This document shows, piece after piece, positions 16,314 to 25,646 of a stretch of 64,000 nucleotides of DNA (position 1 is its first letter; each line of letters begins with the position of its first letter). The notes below the pieces were generated by a model that was given only the letters and a program-made list of their open reading frames with translations, was not told where the DNA came from and did no database searches. Both the position numbers and the translations under genes were made by a program. Origin of the DNA: a virus; IMG/VR virus record IMGVR_UViG_3300021364_003460, positions 96,001-160,000 of that record, one strand, 5' to 3'.

Positions 16314-17203
16314 GATATTGTTAATGTATTAGTTGAACTTTGGCTAATAGTAAAACTTTGATTACTTTCTGTAGTAGGAAGAATTAAAGTAGGTTCAATA
16401 CCAACTAAACTTAATACTGATAATGCAGTACCCTTGTAATCTAATTTAGGAGATTGTTGTAATAGAAATTGAGAAGTAGAGTTAGCATACAAATAAAACT
16501 TTATATGAGAATTATAACTTGAGTCAGTGTACTGATATTGATACTCTCCTACAAAGTAGCTATCTCCTGAAATTGGATATGAATTTTCTAGTTGACACTC
16601 ATCTACAATAAGTTGATTCTCAGTTGGTATACCTAAAGGATAGTTTAAATCAGTAGGTCTTAATGGGGATAGGTAGTAGAAATCTTTTACTGAATAATAA
16701 CCTTTTAAATCTTTATATTCATACAATAAAGTTTGATTAAGTAAACATACTCTACCAGTAAACTCAAATGTAGGTAAAAAAGAATGAGTAAATCCAGAGC
16801 TAACATTAACTAAGTAAGAGCTGCCCCAACTGACTGAATTAGCTTCTATTAAGTAATTCTTAGTAGGGTAAATTAACTCTACCTCTTTAGCTTCATTCCA
16901 ACTAGAGTAATAAGGTATTTTATCTTTTAGTCTGTTAAAGTTAGCTTGAGTTGCAGAAATGTAAACAAACTGTAAGTCTTCAAAATTAGTAATGTTATTT
17001 GAGTTAACAAATTCCCAATAGTATTGATTACCTAAATACTTACAAGATAAGTAAGTAAAAGGTAAATTGATTAAGTATTGATAAGCTTCCTCTTCTGTAT
17101 AAGGAAGATAAAAGTCAGATAGTATTAAGTCTTGTTTAGGATACAAAACTTGGATGGCTTGCTGTAATCTGACTTGTGATATGTAGTTTGTTATGTTTGT
17201 CAT
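16310..17203 (-). CDS. hypothetical protein (297 aa)
   Basis: Coupled ORF with native codon usage; Tyr-rich. Confidence 0.7.
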   Translation of the reverse strand: MTNITNYISQVRLQQAIQVLYPKQDLILSDFYLPYTEEEAYQYLINLPFTYLSCKYLGNQYYWEFVNSNNITNFEDLQFVYISATQANFNRLKDKIPYYSSWNEAKEVELIYPTKNYLIEANSVSWGSSYLVNVSSGFTHSFLPTFEFTGRVCLLNQTLLYEYKDLKGYYSVKDFYYLSPLRPTDLNYPLGIPTENQLIVDECQLENSYPISGDSYFVGEYQYQYTDSSYNSHIKFYLYANSTSQFLLQQSPKLDYKGTALSVLSLVGIEPTLILPTTESNQSFTISQSSTNTLTIS

Positions 17204-17205
17204 AA

Positions 17206-20200
17206 TTATCTAAAGTTAACAACGCCTTTTTTAGTCACAACCCAATTATCTCCTATTTTAGTTAACTCTGCTGGAGAGATTAAGATAGGTGTTTTTCCTG
17301 AAGGTAATGTAGAAGGAACATCAAAATAACTTGAAAAAGCATTATAGTTAAATTCATTTAATCTTATATTAGGTTTATAAGTTAAACTAAATTGATTAGT
17401 TGTTTGTTCTACTACCCAGTAACTACCTCTAGAATTAGGTTGCATTATTGGGTTGACATTTGCCCCTAATCTTCTTTGTTCAAGAGTAGTTTCTAATTCA
17501 GTAACAGGAGTAGCTTTATTTCTAAAACTTTGAGGATTCCTATTAAAGTCATCTATCCAACTTACCTGACTAGGATTAGTAACAACAGGTTGGGGCTGCT
17601 GAACTACAGGTTGACTAACAGGATCAGGAGTATTAGTTGTAGTTGTCTGACCTTCTGGAACTGGAGGTTGAGGATTTTGAGTTACAGGTTGTTGTGGAGG
17701 TGTGGTAGTTACAGTTGGAGTAATAAAACTAGAAGACTCTATTTGAGAGTAGGGTATAGCGTTAGTGTTGTTTCTTCCTATTATTACTCCAGCTTCAGTA
17801 AATCTTAAGTCAGTAGAGGAATCTATAATAATATTATCATCTATAAAAATATTATTTCCTCCAACTTTAATAGATATATCTTTAGTACCTCTACTACCAT
17901 ATCTATTAATAAGAGTTAATACTGCTCGTTTATTATTGGTAGATAAATTTAATATAGACTGCTCTACCTTATCAGGTAAAAATAGAGCTTTGATTGCGTT
18001 ATCTAATCTTGTAGTTTGACTAACTGGACTTGAGCTGCCTCCAGTAGAAGTCTGTGTAGGATCTGAAGCTGTAGGAGAATTAGTTGTAGTAGTTACAGAA
18101 GGTTGAGTGAATACTGACTCAGGAACATTAGTAACTTCTTTTCCAGTATATATAATTCCATCATCTGCTGTTAGGAGAATTAAATCCCCTCTAGATTTGA
18201 CTTTAGTAATTGTTACTGATTTAGATACTCCATTTTTAGTAACTGTAATAGTCTGATTCTTTAAGGCATCTTCGACATCAGGTAATCCTTTTAATCTAGT
18301 TAATAAATCATCTGTTTGGTTGACTATAGTTTGAGTAACAGATTGAGAAGCATTATTATTTACAGAACTTGGTATTGAAGTGCCTTGTTTTGTACCTCTT
18401 CTTATAACAGAACTTCCAATAGCAGAAGCTCCCCCTATAATTAAATTAGCAAAAAAGTAACTTACAAAATTGTCTATTGCCGTATCACTATCTTTATTAA
18501 ATTCTTGAGTTCTCTGCCAAGCTTCACCTAATACATCAAAACCACAAGCAGTAACAGCAGGTATAAAAGTAGTACCAAACCCTGCTATAGCTCCAGCAGC
18601 AGTTCCAGCAGGTCCAGCTACAGATCCCGCTTTTGCACCAACTATAGTAGTATAAGAAGATAAAACTGCTGACGCTGCTGCACAACCTCCTACTTTACCA
18701 GCTATATCTTTAAAAGTATTAGCATTCCACCCAATTAAACCAGATATGTCCCCATCAAAGCTAGAAGAATTACCTTCACACTCATCTTCTAAAGGTTTTA
18801 TTGTTTGATTTTGATCTCCATCTAATACTCTAGTATACCTAGTAATATAATTTCCATCAGTAGCATTAAAGTTTAATTTCCAATATATCTCTTCTTTACA
18901 CCCTAAAACTACTCCTGTAAAAGAAACAACTCTACAGAATATTCTAGCTCTTACCCATAAAATATCTCCTTTGAGCCTAAAAGTAACATCATCAAAAGCA
19001 GTTCTTCCAATACTACCTAAAATACCTGTAAACCAAGAAGTCAATCCTTGAGGAGGTTTACCTGTTATATAATCTTTAAAATAATAAAGTCTACTTTCTT
19101 GTATATACTTTAAATAACCAACTAAATGTTCATAACATAATTCCTGATTTAACCTTTTTTTAGGGTCAGATATATTATTAATGCCCTCAACTATCTTATT
19201 AACTTGATCAATTAATTGAGCTTGTTCACTGTTAGGAACATTAGCTTCTGGAACTAAAGCATTACTTTCTGAACCATTCTCAGTTGTCCCCTCTTGATCT
19301 TTAGCAGTCTTCAAATCAACTTTAGCTTTGTCAATAGCAGCCTGTAAACTATTATTTAAATTAATATTGGTTTTAGAAGCCATATTAAAGTCAGTTACAT
19401 CTAAAACTAATGTATACCAAGTTCTCTCTTGAGTAGCATGATACACATCTAGGTTTCTGATAACAGCAGTAAACTGAGGATTACCTGATGTGGGGTCTTG
19501 TAACTTTAAGGATGCTGCATGAGGAGAAGATTTTATATCTCTGTAAACCTGAGCAGTATTAATCTCAACTTCAATTTGTTTACCTTCATAAGCTAACTTT
19601 TGAAAAGCTAAGTAAGAGTTGTAAGCATTGAGTTCTGCTTTAGGTTCTCTAAATGGATTGTCTGCTACAGTTCTACCTCCTAGAGTAGAGCTAAATCTAT
19701 TACTACCAAAGGCCTTAGGGTCATCTACTAAAGTTTTCTCTTCACCATCTGCTCCAGTAAAAGCACCTACTATAATAACTTGTAGTCCTTTAACACCTAA
19801 GTTTTGATAGATAGGTGAGAAGCCAGGTATTTGTTGTTTACCTACAGCAGGTACAAACTTAAAGTTAAGCCCAGGCATAGCATTAGGTACATCTCTACCT
19901 CCTTGTATAGGTACTGTAGATTGTCTAGCTGGAAGTAGGGACATATAATAGCTAGAGAAAGGTGATTGGTTTGCTGCTACTTCAGGTTGTTTAGTTGTAA
20001 ACCTAATACCCCACTCTTCCACAGGTAGTTCTTTTAGTTGTGGAGTTTTAGTTGTAGGTTTTGTATTAGTAGGAGTTTTAGTTGTGGGTTTTTTAGCGTT
20101 AGGAGTTTGATTTTTTGTAGGTTTTGTATTAGTAGGAGTAGTAGAGGTATTATTTTTAGTTGACGTAGTTTTTGAAGGTGCAGTAGACTTTTGTGTAACT

Positions 20201-21063
20201 GTAGGTAAAGGTTTAGGAGGATTAACTTTAGTGTCTTTAGAAGATTCTTTTTTAATAGATATAAATTTATTTAAATCTTGTATTACACTTTCTACTGCGG
20301 TTATATTATCTCTATATATTTTAGCATTATCTTCAGTAGAATCTATAAAATCTGCTACCTTAAACAAAGAATCATTAATAAAAGCTTTGGCTTCTTCTAT
20401 GTAACTTCTAGCTGAATTAATGTAAGTATTTGCATTAATTTCATTTGAGTCTTTACAAAAAGTTTCTTTATCATCTATAAGTCTATCTCTTACTGCTACA
20501 AATTCAGGATAATTAGTAGCCGCCCAAAAAGTATTTAAATTACATATTCTTTTAACTAAATCATCTACATCTTTAACACTATTAGTAGCTACAGCAGTCG
20601 GAGTTGTAGGTTGCTGTAGCTTAGATTCAGTTTCTTTTAATTTAGTAACTATATCTTTAATAGCTTTTAAATTAAGACTTATACTAGTAATGGAACTTCT
20701 TACTTGATTAACAATAGAAGAAACTATTTTATTACTAAAATCTCCACTAGAAGCAGTAACCTTTGTATATAAACTATTTATTATTGGAGTTATAACGTCT
20801 CTATAATATTCATCTTTGTCTGAAATAGTAGCTAAAAATTGATTATAATTACTTAGTTGAATTTTAGATAAATTAGTAATTAAAGTTTTAACTTCAGAAA
20901 GATAATTTAATACATCTTCTTTTAAGTCTTTATTTTCCTGAGAGAAGTTAGCACTATTTAGCTGAGTTAATTCTTTCTGTAGTAAAATATGAGGATTAGT
21001 GTTTCCTTCTACTACTAACTTGAGTAACTCTTTAATAATAATACTAATACTAGTCTGACTCAT
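17206..21063 (-). CDS. multidomain virion-associated protein (1285 aa): coiled coil, T/P/K linker, tail-initiator-like beta domain, glycine-zipper/hydrophobic segment, C-terminal cyanobacterial-type domain
   Basis: Low-complexity linkers (TPTNTKPT; PQQPVTQNPQPP); glycine zipper VGAKAGSVAGPAGTAAGAIAGFG; C-terminus GSYWV...RLNEFNYN...YF...LISPA...W.V.KKG.V.F. Confidence 0.7.
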   Translation of the reverse strand: MSQTSISIIIKELLKLVVEGNTNPHILLQKELTQLNSANFSQENKDLKEDVLNYLSEVKTLITNLSKIQLSNYNQFLATISDKDEYYRDVITPIINSLYTKVTASSGDFSNKIVSSIVNQVRSSITSISLNLKAIKDIVTKLKETESKLQQPTTPTAVATNSVKDVDDLVKRICNLNTFWAATNYPEFVAVRDRLIDDKETFCKDSNEINANTYINSARSYIEEAKAFINDSLFKVADFIDSTEDNAKIYRDNITAVESVIQDLNKFISIKKESSKDTKVNPPKPLPTVTQKSTAPSKTTSTKNNTSTTPTNTKPTKNQTPNAKKPTTKTPTNTKPTTKTPQLKELPVEEWGIRFTTKQPEVAANQSPFSSYYMSLLPARQSTVPIQGGRDVPNAMPGLNFKFVPAVGKQQIPGFSPIYQNLGVKGLQVIIVGAFTGADGEEKTLVDDPKAFGSNRFSSTLGGRTVADNPFREPKAELNAYNSYLAFQKLAYEGKQIEVEINTAQVYRDIKSSPHAASLKLQDPTSGNPQFTAVIRNLDVYHATQERTWYTLVLDVTDFNMASKTNINLNNSLQAAIDKAKVDLKTAKDQEGTTENGSESNALVPEANVPNSEQAQLIDQVNKIVEGINNISDPKKRLNQELCYEHLVGYLKYIQESRLYYFKDYITGKPPQGLTSWFTGILGSIGRTAFDDVTFRLKGDILWVRARIFCRVVSFTGVVLGCKEEIYWKLNFNATDGNYITRYTRVLDGDQNQTIKPLEDECEGNSSSFDGDISGLIGWNANTFKDIAGKVGGCAAASAVLSSYTTIVGAKAGSVAGPAGTAAGAIAGFGTTFIPAVTACGFDVLGEAWQRTQEFNKDSDTAIDNFVSYFFANLIIGGASAIGSSVIRRGTKQGTSIPSSVNNNASQSVTQTIVNQTDDLLTRLKGLPDVEDALKNQTITVTKNGVSKSVTITKVKSRGDLILLTADDGIIYTGKEVTNVPESVFTQPSVTTTTNSPTASDPTQTSTGGSSSPVSQTTRLDNAIKALFLPDKVEQSILNLSTNNKRAVLTLINRYGSRGTKDISIKVGGNNIFIDDNIIIDSSTDLRFTEAGVIIGRNNTNAIPYSQIESSSFITPTVTTTPPQQPVTQNPQPPVPEGQTTTTNTPDPVSQPVVQQPQPVVTNPSQVSWIDDFNRNPQSFRNKATPVTELETTLEQRRLGANVNPIMQPNSRGSYWVVEQTTNQFSLTYKPNIRLNEFNYNAFSSYFDVPSTLPSGKTPILISPAELTKIGDNWVVTKKGVVNFR
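20053..20139. repeat. 24-bp exact direct repeat within a low-complexity linker
   Basis: TGTAGGTTTTGTATTAGTAGGAGT at 20053-20076 and 20116-20139 (encodes TPTNTKPT). Confidence 0.8.
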
Positions 21064-21504
21064 CTAAAACCCTCCTGTATACAATTTAGTAATAATTTCT
21101 TGTAGGCTGCTGTTATTAAAATCTAAATAGTTAGCTGCCATTTGAAACTTACTATTGTTAGCAATCTCTTCAGTATTTGTAAAAGAGTAAACTCTAGCAG
21201 ATTCAGTATCAAACAAAGGTTGTTTACTATTAAGAGTTTTCTTATTAGCTACAGGTAAATTGCTAACAGAAAGTAAAACTAAAGGTAGCTCTGTAAGAGC
21301 AATAATTTCATCATCAATAAAATCAGATAGTCTTAAATGTTGTAAGAGGATAGCTAATGCTAATAAAATTGCATGAGTAAACTGAGGGAATCTAGCTTTC
21401 AACTCAGAATACTTTTTATTGATTCTTAAACCCTGCCACTCTAGTTTATAAGTAGAATTATCAGCAGGTAGTTTCTCTAGAAAAGATAATAAATCTGGAG
21501 GCAT
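21064..21504 (-). CDS. hypothetical protein (146 aa)
   Basis: Its TAG directly abuts the in-frame ATG of the 1285-aa gene. Confidence 0.7.
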   Translation of the reverse strand: MPPDLLSFLEKLPADNSTYKLEWQGLRINKKYSELKARFPQFTHAILLALAILLQHLRLSDFIDDEIIALTELPLVLLSVSNLPVANKKTLNSKQPLFDTESARVYSFTNTEEIANNSKFQMAANYLDFNNSSLQEIITKLYTGGF

Positions 21505-21559
21505 ATTATGTTGTATAGAATATTCAATTTAGTGTAATTAAATAAGGAATGCAAATGTT

Positions 21560-21793
21560 ATGCGTAAATATAAAGTGACTGTAGAAGCTGAGTTAACTCT
21601 AAATGACTTTGTAGATCACATTGATGTAAATAAGTTTAGTGAGTCTTCTATTATTATTCATTTAATAAATGAAGAAAATAACCCAGAGGAATGTGAATAT
21701 AAACTATCTCTAGAGCTTTGGGACAATAGTTATGGTGAATTTATTCAAGAAGCTATTATTAAAGCTATAAATGTATCAGAAATTACAAACTAG
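21560..21793 (+). CDS. hypothetical protein (77 aa)
   Basis: AAGGA upstream; acidic small phage protein; first gene of the plus-strand island. Confidence 0.65.
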   Translation: MRKYKVTVEAELTLNDFVDHIDVNKFSESSIIIHLINEENNPEECEYKLSLELWDNSYGEFIQEAIIKAINVSEITN

Positions 21794-21868
21794 TTAATTT
21801 CTAAAGTTACCCTGAAACAGAATAGATAGATTGAAGTTTATAAAATAAATATACTGGAGGATAGATAA

Positions 21869-22018
21869 ATGAAAACAAAGAAAGTATTAGCTGAATTAGT
21901 AGCCCAAAGTATTGCTGACTATGAAAAGTACATGTCTACACTTACTCCAGAACAACAAGCTATTAGAAGAAATGCTTTCTGGAGTAAAGTTAATAATGAT
22001 AACAAAGTGGCAGCCTAG
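21869..22018 (+). CDS. small hypothetical protein (49 aa; not in the ORF track)
   Basis: GGAGG 8 nt before the ATG; MKTKKVLAELVAQSIADYEKYMSTLTPEQQAIRRNAFWSKVNNDNKVAA*; its stop overlaps the recombinase stop. Confidence 0.6.
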   Translation: MKTKKVLAELVAQSIADYEKYMSTLTPEQQAIRRNAFWSKVNNDNKVAA

Positions 22019-23604
22019 TATTTAAACTCTATACTAACTACCTGATTACCTTTTATGTATATTCTTCTTATACAAGACTTTAATATTTGCCCCTTCAAAG
22101 AGGTATCTAAAGTCTCCCAGTACAAAGGGTCAGAGAAAGCAGATATTATTCTCTCTTTAGATACTATATAGTTTACAGACTGAGTAGCTGTTGACTTATC
22201 TAACTCTGCTATTCTCCTTTTAGTCTGCATAATAGAGTCTTGTAAAGTTATGTCATAAGGCAGACTTTCTAAAGCAGTTAATTGGTTCTTAAGTTTCTGC
22301 AACTCTTTACTATCTACTGTAGTTACAACAGGAGTCTCTCCTATCTTAGATAACCTCTCTGCTTCCTGTATAAGTAAAAGTATTACTTGGTGTTCTAATG
22401 AGTCAGAACTAATCATAGTAGAGTTAGTACAAGTTCTAGTTCTGTAAAAGCTACACTGATAGTAATGTCTAAGATAGTTTGTACTTTTAACTAACTTTTT
22501 AGATTGTCTACTGTAAGCTGCATGGCAGTAATAACACTTTAGTAAACCAGCAAAGGGATTAAGGTATCTTTGTTCAGTAGTCCATCTATTATGTCTATTA
22601 GCAGAGATAAATGATTTTACTTGTTCATATTCCTGATAAGTAATAATAGCTTCTCCACTAGCTCCAAAAGAGTTAACAGGATAGTTAGCAGTATTGCCAT
22701 GAGTACCCCAAGATATAGTCCACTGTTCAAAGGGTTTTTTATGACCTTTAGATTTAGTATTAATATTATAAGGAGTACCACCAGCATACACAGGATTAAT
22801 GAGGGTATTCCTTAAACCAGATACAGTCCAACTTAAGCTTTTAGAAGAATAGCCAAATAAAAGAGTTCTATTAGTATCTTTGATAGATTGATAACTAAGT
22901 TCATCCTCTTGTTGAATAACATTAGGTTTCTTTTCTTTACCTTTAGTAGTAGCTTTAACTTGAATACCAAAAGTCTCATGTAACTTAGCTACTGTTTTAT
23001 TAATAGTACCTACTTCAAAGAAACAGTCAAATACATATCTAGCTAATGTTGCTTTAGTAAATACTTGCTTATTATTTAATAAGCATATAATTTCTGTATG
23101 ATCTAAAGTGTAACTATCATTAATAACCTGATAACCAAAAGGAGCGTTCCAATGAGGTTTATTTTGTGACCTTCTAAAATTAACATCATCTTTAACTCTT
23201 TTAGATAACATTTCTACTTCATATTGAGCGGCAGCTAATCTAACATTTATAGTTAGTTTGTCTGCTATGTTATCTATGTTAAAGTTTTCATCTAAAGCAA
23301 CAGAAGTTATATCTTTCTTTTTGAGAGCATCCATTAGCTGATAAAAAACTAGGTAAGAGGAAGTTAATCTATCTATTCTTATAAATATAAACTTAGATAT
23401 CTCTCCTTTTTGAGAGTAGTTTATATCTTCTATAAGTTGCAGTAACCCTCTTCTAGTATCACTTGTCCTAGATTCTATATCATAGTAGATTTTAGTAGCT
23501 TCTGCTGCCCTAACTCTCTGCATCTGTTTGATAAGAGAATTCCTGTCTTCTTGCTGTTCTTGAGTAGAAACTCTACAGTAAGCAATCACTTGAGGTTGAA
23601 ACAT
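22015..23604 (-). CDS. large serine recombinase/integrase, XisF-like
   Basis: Catalytic YCRVST and RIDRL; recombinase domain APFGY and NPVYAG; zinc ribbon LLKCYYCH...YYQC...TC; AGGAG Shine-Dalgarno; the LDHTEIICLL...TLARY segment recalls cyanobacterial XisF-family enzymes. Confidence 0.9.
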   Translation of the reverse strand: MFQPQVIAYCRVSTQEQQEDRNSLIKQMQRVRAAEATKIYYDIESRTSDTRRGLLQLIEDINYSQKGEISKFIFIRIDRLTSSYLVFYQLMDALKKKDITSVALDENFNIDNIADKLTINVRLAAAQYEVEMLSKRVKDDVNFRRSQNKPHWNAPFGYQVINDSYTLDHTEIICLLNNKQVFTKATLARYVFDCFFEVGTINKTVAKLHETFGIQVKATTKGKEKKPNVIQQEDELSYQSIKDTNRTLLFGYSSKSLSWTVSGLRNTLINPVYAGGTPYNINTKSKGHKKPFEQWTISWGTHGNTANYPVNSFGASGEAIITYQEYEQVKSFISANRHNRWTTEQRYLNPFAGLLKCYYCHAAYSRQSKKLVKSTNYLRHYYQCSFYRTRTCTNSTMISSDSLEHQVILLLIQEAERLSKIGETPVVTTVDSKELQKLKNQLTALESLPYDITLQDSIMQTKRRIAELDKSTATQSVNYIVSKERIISAFSDPLYWETLDTSLKGQILKSCIRRIYIKGNQVVSIEFKY

Positions 23605-23627
23605 GATAGCTGTCTCCTAAAGATATA

Positions 23628-23671
23628 CCTGATAGTATACACTTTGGAGAACGTAAGTTTACACTATCAGG
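23628..23671. promoter_or_regulatory. 44-bp imperfect inverted repeat upstream of the recombinase: candidate attP or operator
   Basis: CCTGATAGTATAC-N18-TTACACTATCAGG (11 of 13 positions symmetric; inner ACTT/AAGT also symmetric). Confidence 0.5.
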
Positions 23672-23695
23672 CAAGTGCTAGAAGACTTACTCTGA

Positions 23696-23842
23696 TTAGG
23701 TTTCAAAAAATTCATCTATTTCTTGCTTGGCTTTTATTACTCTAACTTGTTTAGTCAAAGTATTTAAGTCTGTTTTAATCTGCTGTAGTATTTTCAAGAT
23801 TTGTTCTTGAGATATTGCATCTTTATTGTCTTGTTCAATCAT
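23696..23842 (-). CDS. small coiled-coil protein (48 aa; not in the ORF track)
   Basis: MIEQDNKDAISQEQILKILQQIKTDLNTLTKQVRVIKAKQEIDEFFET* shows a heptad pattern; co-oriented with and upstream of the recombinase. Confidence 0.55.
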   Translation of the reverse strand: MIEQDNKDAISQEQILKILQQIKTDLNTLTKQVRVIKAKQEIDEFFET

Positions 23843-23869
23843 TTTATTTAACAAAAGGAATTTAATAAT

Positions 23870-24817
23870 ATGTCTTTAAAATACACTTCTCAATTATCTA
23901 ACATTGGTACTGTTTATGAAGGTGAGACTCCTAATGAATTAGCTCAAAAAGCAGGTTTAGATTGGAATGTAATTGTAACTCCAGCTAACTATACTGTAAA
24001 TGGTACTAATTATCAAAGTAAGTCTACTAATATTATTGTAAGAGAAGATAAACCTGAAGTACAGTTAGGAGACTGTGGTACTAAATGGCAGCCACTTCAA
24101 AATGTAAATATTCTAGAAAGTGTAATTGAATTCTGTAATAATGAACCTACCTTAAAACTAGATAGGGTAGGTTGCTTTAAGAATGGTAAAACTATCTGGG
24201 CTTCTATCAAAACAGATAAAGTTATTGAACTAAAAGGTGGAGATTTAATTAGTGGTAGCTTGTTATTAGTTAACTCTCATGACTATGCTAATGGTATGTT
24301 AGTTAAACTATTACTAGATAGAGAAATCTGCTTTAATCAATTAGCTGTAGGAGTGCAAACTAAAACTAAAGTGTATGCCCACTCTAAGTTTCTTACTCAA
24401 GACAAAGTAATGTCAGTGTTAGCTGGTTTCCATAATCAGTTTAACCAATTTAAAAAAGATGCTGAAATACTTAGCAATACTGAAATAGACTTAGATTTAT
24501 TCTACAGACTAGTTATCAAAGAGTTTGGTAATATAGAAAAAATGAATCATCTGAAGGCTCACTTATCTGACTTAGATGAGCAACCTAAAGCAGTTAGACA
24601 GATTGTTCAGCTATACTCAGGAGCAGGTATGGGTAGTGATATGATAAGTGCATATAACACAATGTGGGGTTGCTTAAACGCAACAACTGAGTTTGTTAAC
24701 CATAAGTCTAAGAAAACTGGAGGAGTAGAAGGTCACATTAATAGCCTATGGTTAGAAAGTAAAGCTAGAAAGCAACAGAATATTTACAAACAGTTAGTTA
24801 GTTTAGCAAGAGTATAA
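23870..24817 (+). CDS. DUF932/DUF945 family phage protein
   Basis: Motifs AGLDWNV, PLQN, GCFKNGKTIWA, LLVNSHD, REICFNQL, TMWGCLNATTEFVNH. Confidence 0.85.
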   Translation: MSLKYTSQLSNIGTVYEGETPNELAQKAGLDWNVIVTPANYTVNGTNYQSKSTNIIVREDKPEVQLGDCGTKWQPLQNVNILESVIEFCNNEPTLKLDRVGCFKNGKTIWASIKTDKVIELKGGDLISGSLLLVNSHDYANGMLVKLLLDREICFNQLAVGVQTKTKVYAHSKFLTQDKVMSVLAGFHNQFNQFKKDAEILSNTEIDLDLFYRLVIKEFGNIEKMNHLKAHLSDLDEQPKAVRQIVQLYSGAGMGSDMISAYNTMWGCLNATTEFVNHKSKKTGGVEGHINSLWLESKARKQQNIYKQLVSLARV

Positions 24818-24892
24818 ATGTAGATAATTTACGTATATAAAGGCTACATAGTAGGAGATGTTGTAATCTGCCCTACTGGTCAAGTAGGCTAA
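24818..24892 (+). pseudogene. short gene remnant, M*IIYVYKGYIVGDVVICPTGQVG*
   Basis: ATG immediately after the DUF932 stop, then TAG and 22 in-frame codons resembling a KOW/SH3-like GD.V...TG..G start; cut off at the convergent gene. Confidence 0.3.
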
Positions 24893-25560
24893 AAAAATAC
24901 AGTATCTAGATTACCTTCTCTTAATAAGGCTTTTAGATTACTGTAGCATTCTTCTAACTGTGTTAATTTGTCTTGGTTAGAGTACCAATCTAAAGTAGGT
25001 TCTTCTAAATACTGTATTTCTATAATTCCAAAGATACCTTTCTTGCTAGTTAGCAGTCTACTATATTTTGTGTGAATACCTCTTTTCGTTAGATAGTTAA
25101 CACAAACTAGAGATAAAGAGGATTGACCTCTGTAATACTTATTAAATTTAACATCAGTAAGATGTTTTAATTCTTTGTTAATAAAACAGTCTGTTATAGG
25201 TATTTTTCTAATAAGAGTTTTTAAAGAAGGAACGTTAATTTGAGTAGCTTCATAAACTACAGAAAACTCTTTAAAAGGAATGGCATCTGTATTACAAGTA
25301 TTGTGAACTAAGGCAACAGCTACCCTACTGGCTTGAGTAATATCTAACGTCTGTTTAACTACTTCTTGTATTTTTTCATGATTGTCTATCTCTTCAAATT
25401 TTACATAGTTACTGTTAACTTTCTTTGGCTGTTTAAAAGCTACAGTAAGTAGTATCAAACTAGATATTATTAGAGATAGTAATCCAAACACTTCTTCTGT
25501 GTGATTTTTATAAAAGTCTACTAAATTATCTCTAGTAGATTTAACTTCAATTATATTCAT
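24889..25560 (-). CDS. single-TM protein with GAF-like soluble domain; putative T4 T-type holin
   Basis: Hydrophobic segment VFGLLSLIISSLILLTVAF followed by ASRVAVALVHN...FSVVYEAT...IFGIIEIQY. The start is more likely the ATG at 25560 (MNIIEVK) than 25596. Confidence 0.5.
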   Translation of the reverse strand: MNIIEVKSTRDNLVDFYKNHTEEVFGLLSLIISSLILLTVAFKQPKKVNSNYVKFEEIDNHEKIQEVVKQTLDITQASRVAVALVHNTCNTDAIPFKEFSVVYEATQINVPSLKTLIRKIPITDCFINKELKHLTDVKFNKYYRGQSSLSLVCVNYLTKRGIHTKYSRLLTSKKGIFGIIEIQYLEEPTLDWYSNQDKLTQLEECYSNLKALLREGNLDTVFF

Positions 25561-25646
25561 AAAGTTAGTAAATAATATACATAGATTTACTAACACTTAT
25601 TTATGTGCAAATTATATTTAATTTTATTTAAAAAACTTAATAGTAA

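Noticed and set aside
21061-21066. TAG-ATG in-frame junction as a programmed fusion of the 146-aa and 1285-aa genes
   Set aside because: Stop-start abutment is an ordinary form of translational coupling; there is no independent support.
21791-21871. Frame continuing through two TAGs to a TAA that abuts the next ATG
   Set aside because: A 25-codon stretch without TAA or TGA is likely enough by chance, and the stretch contains the next gene's SD.
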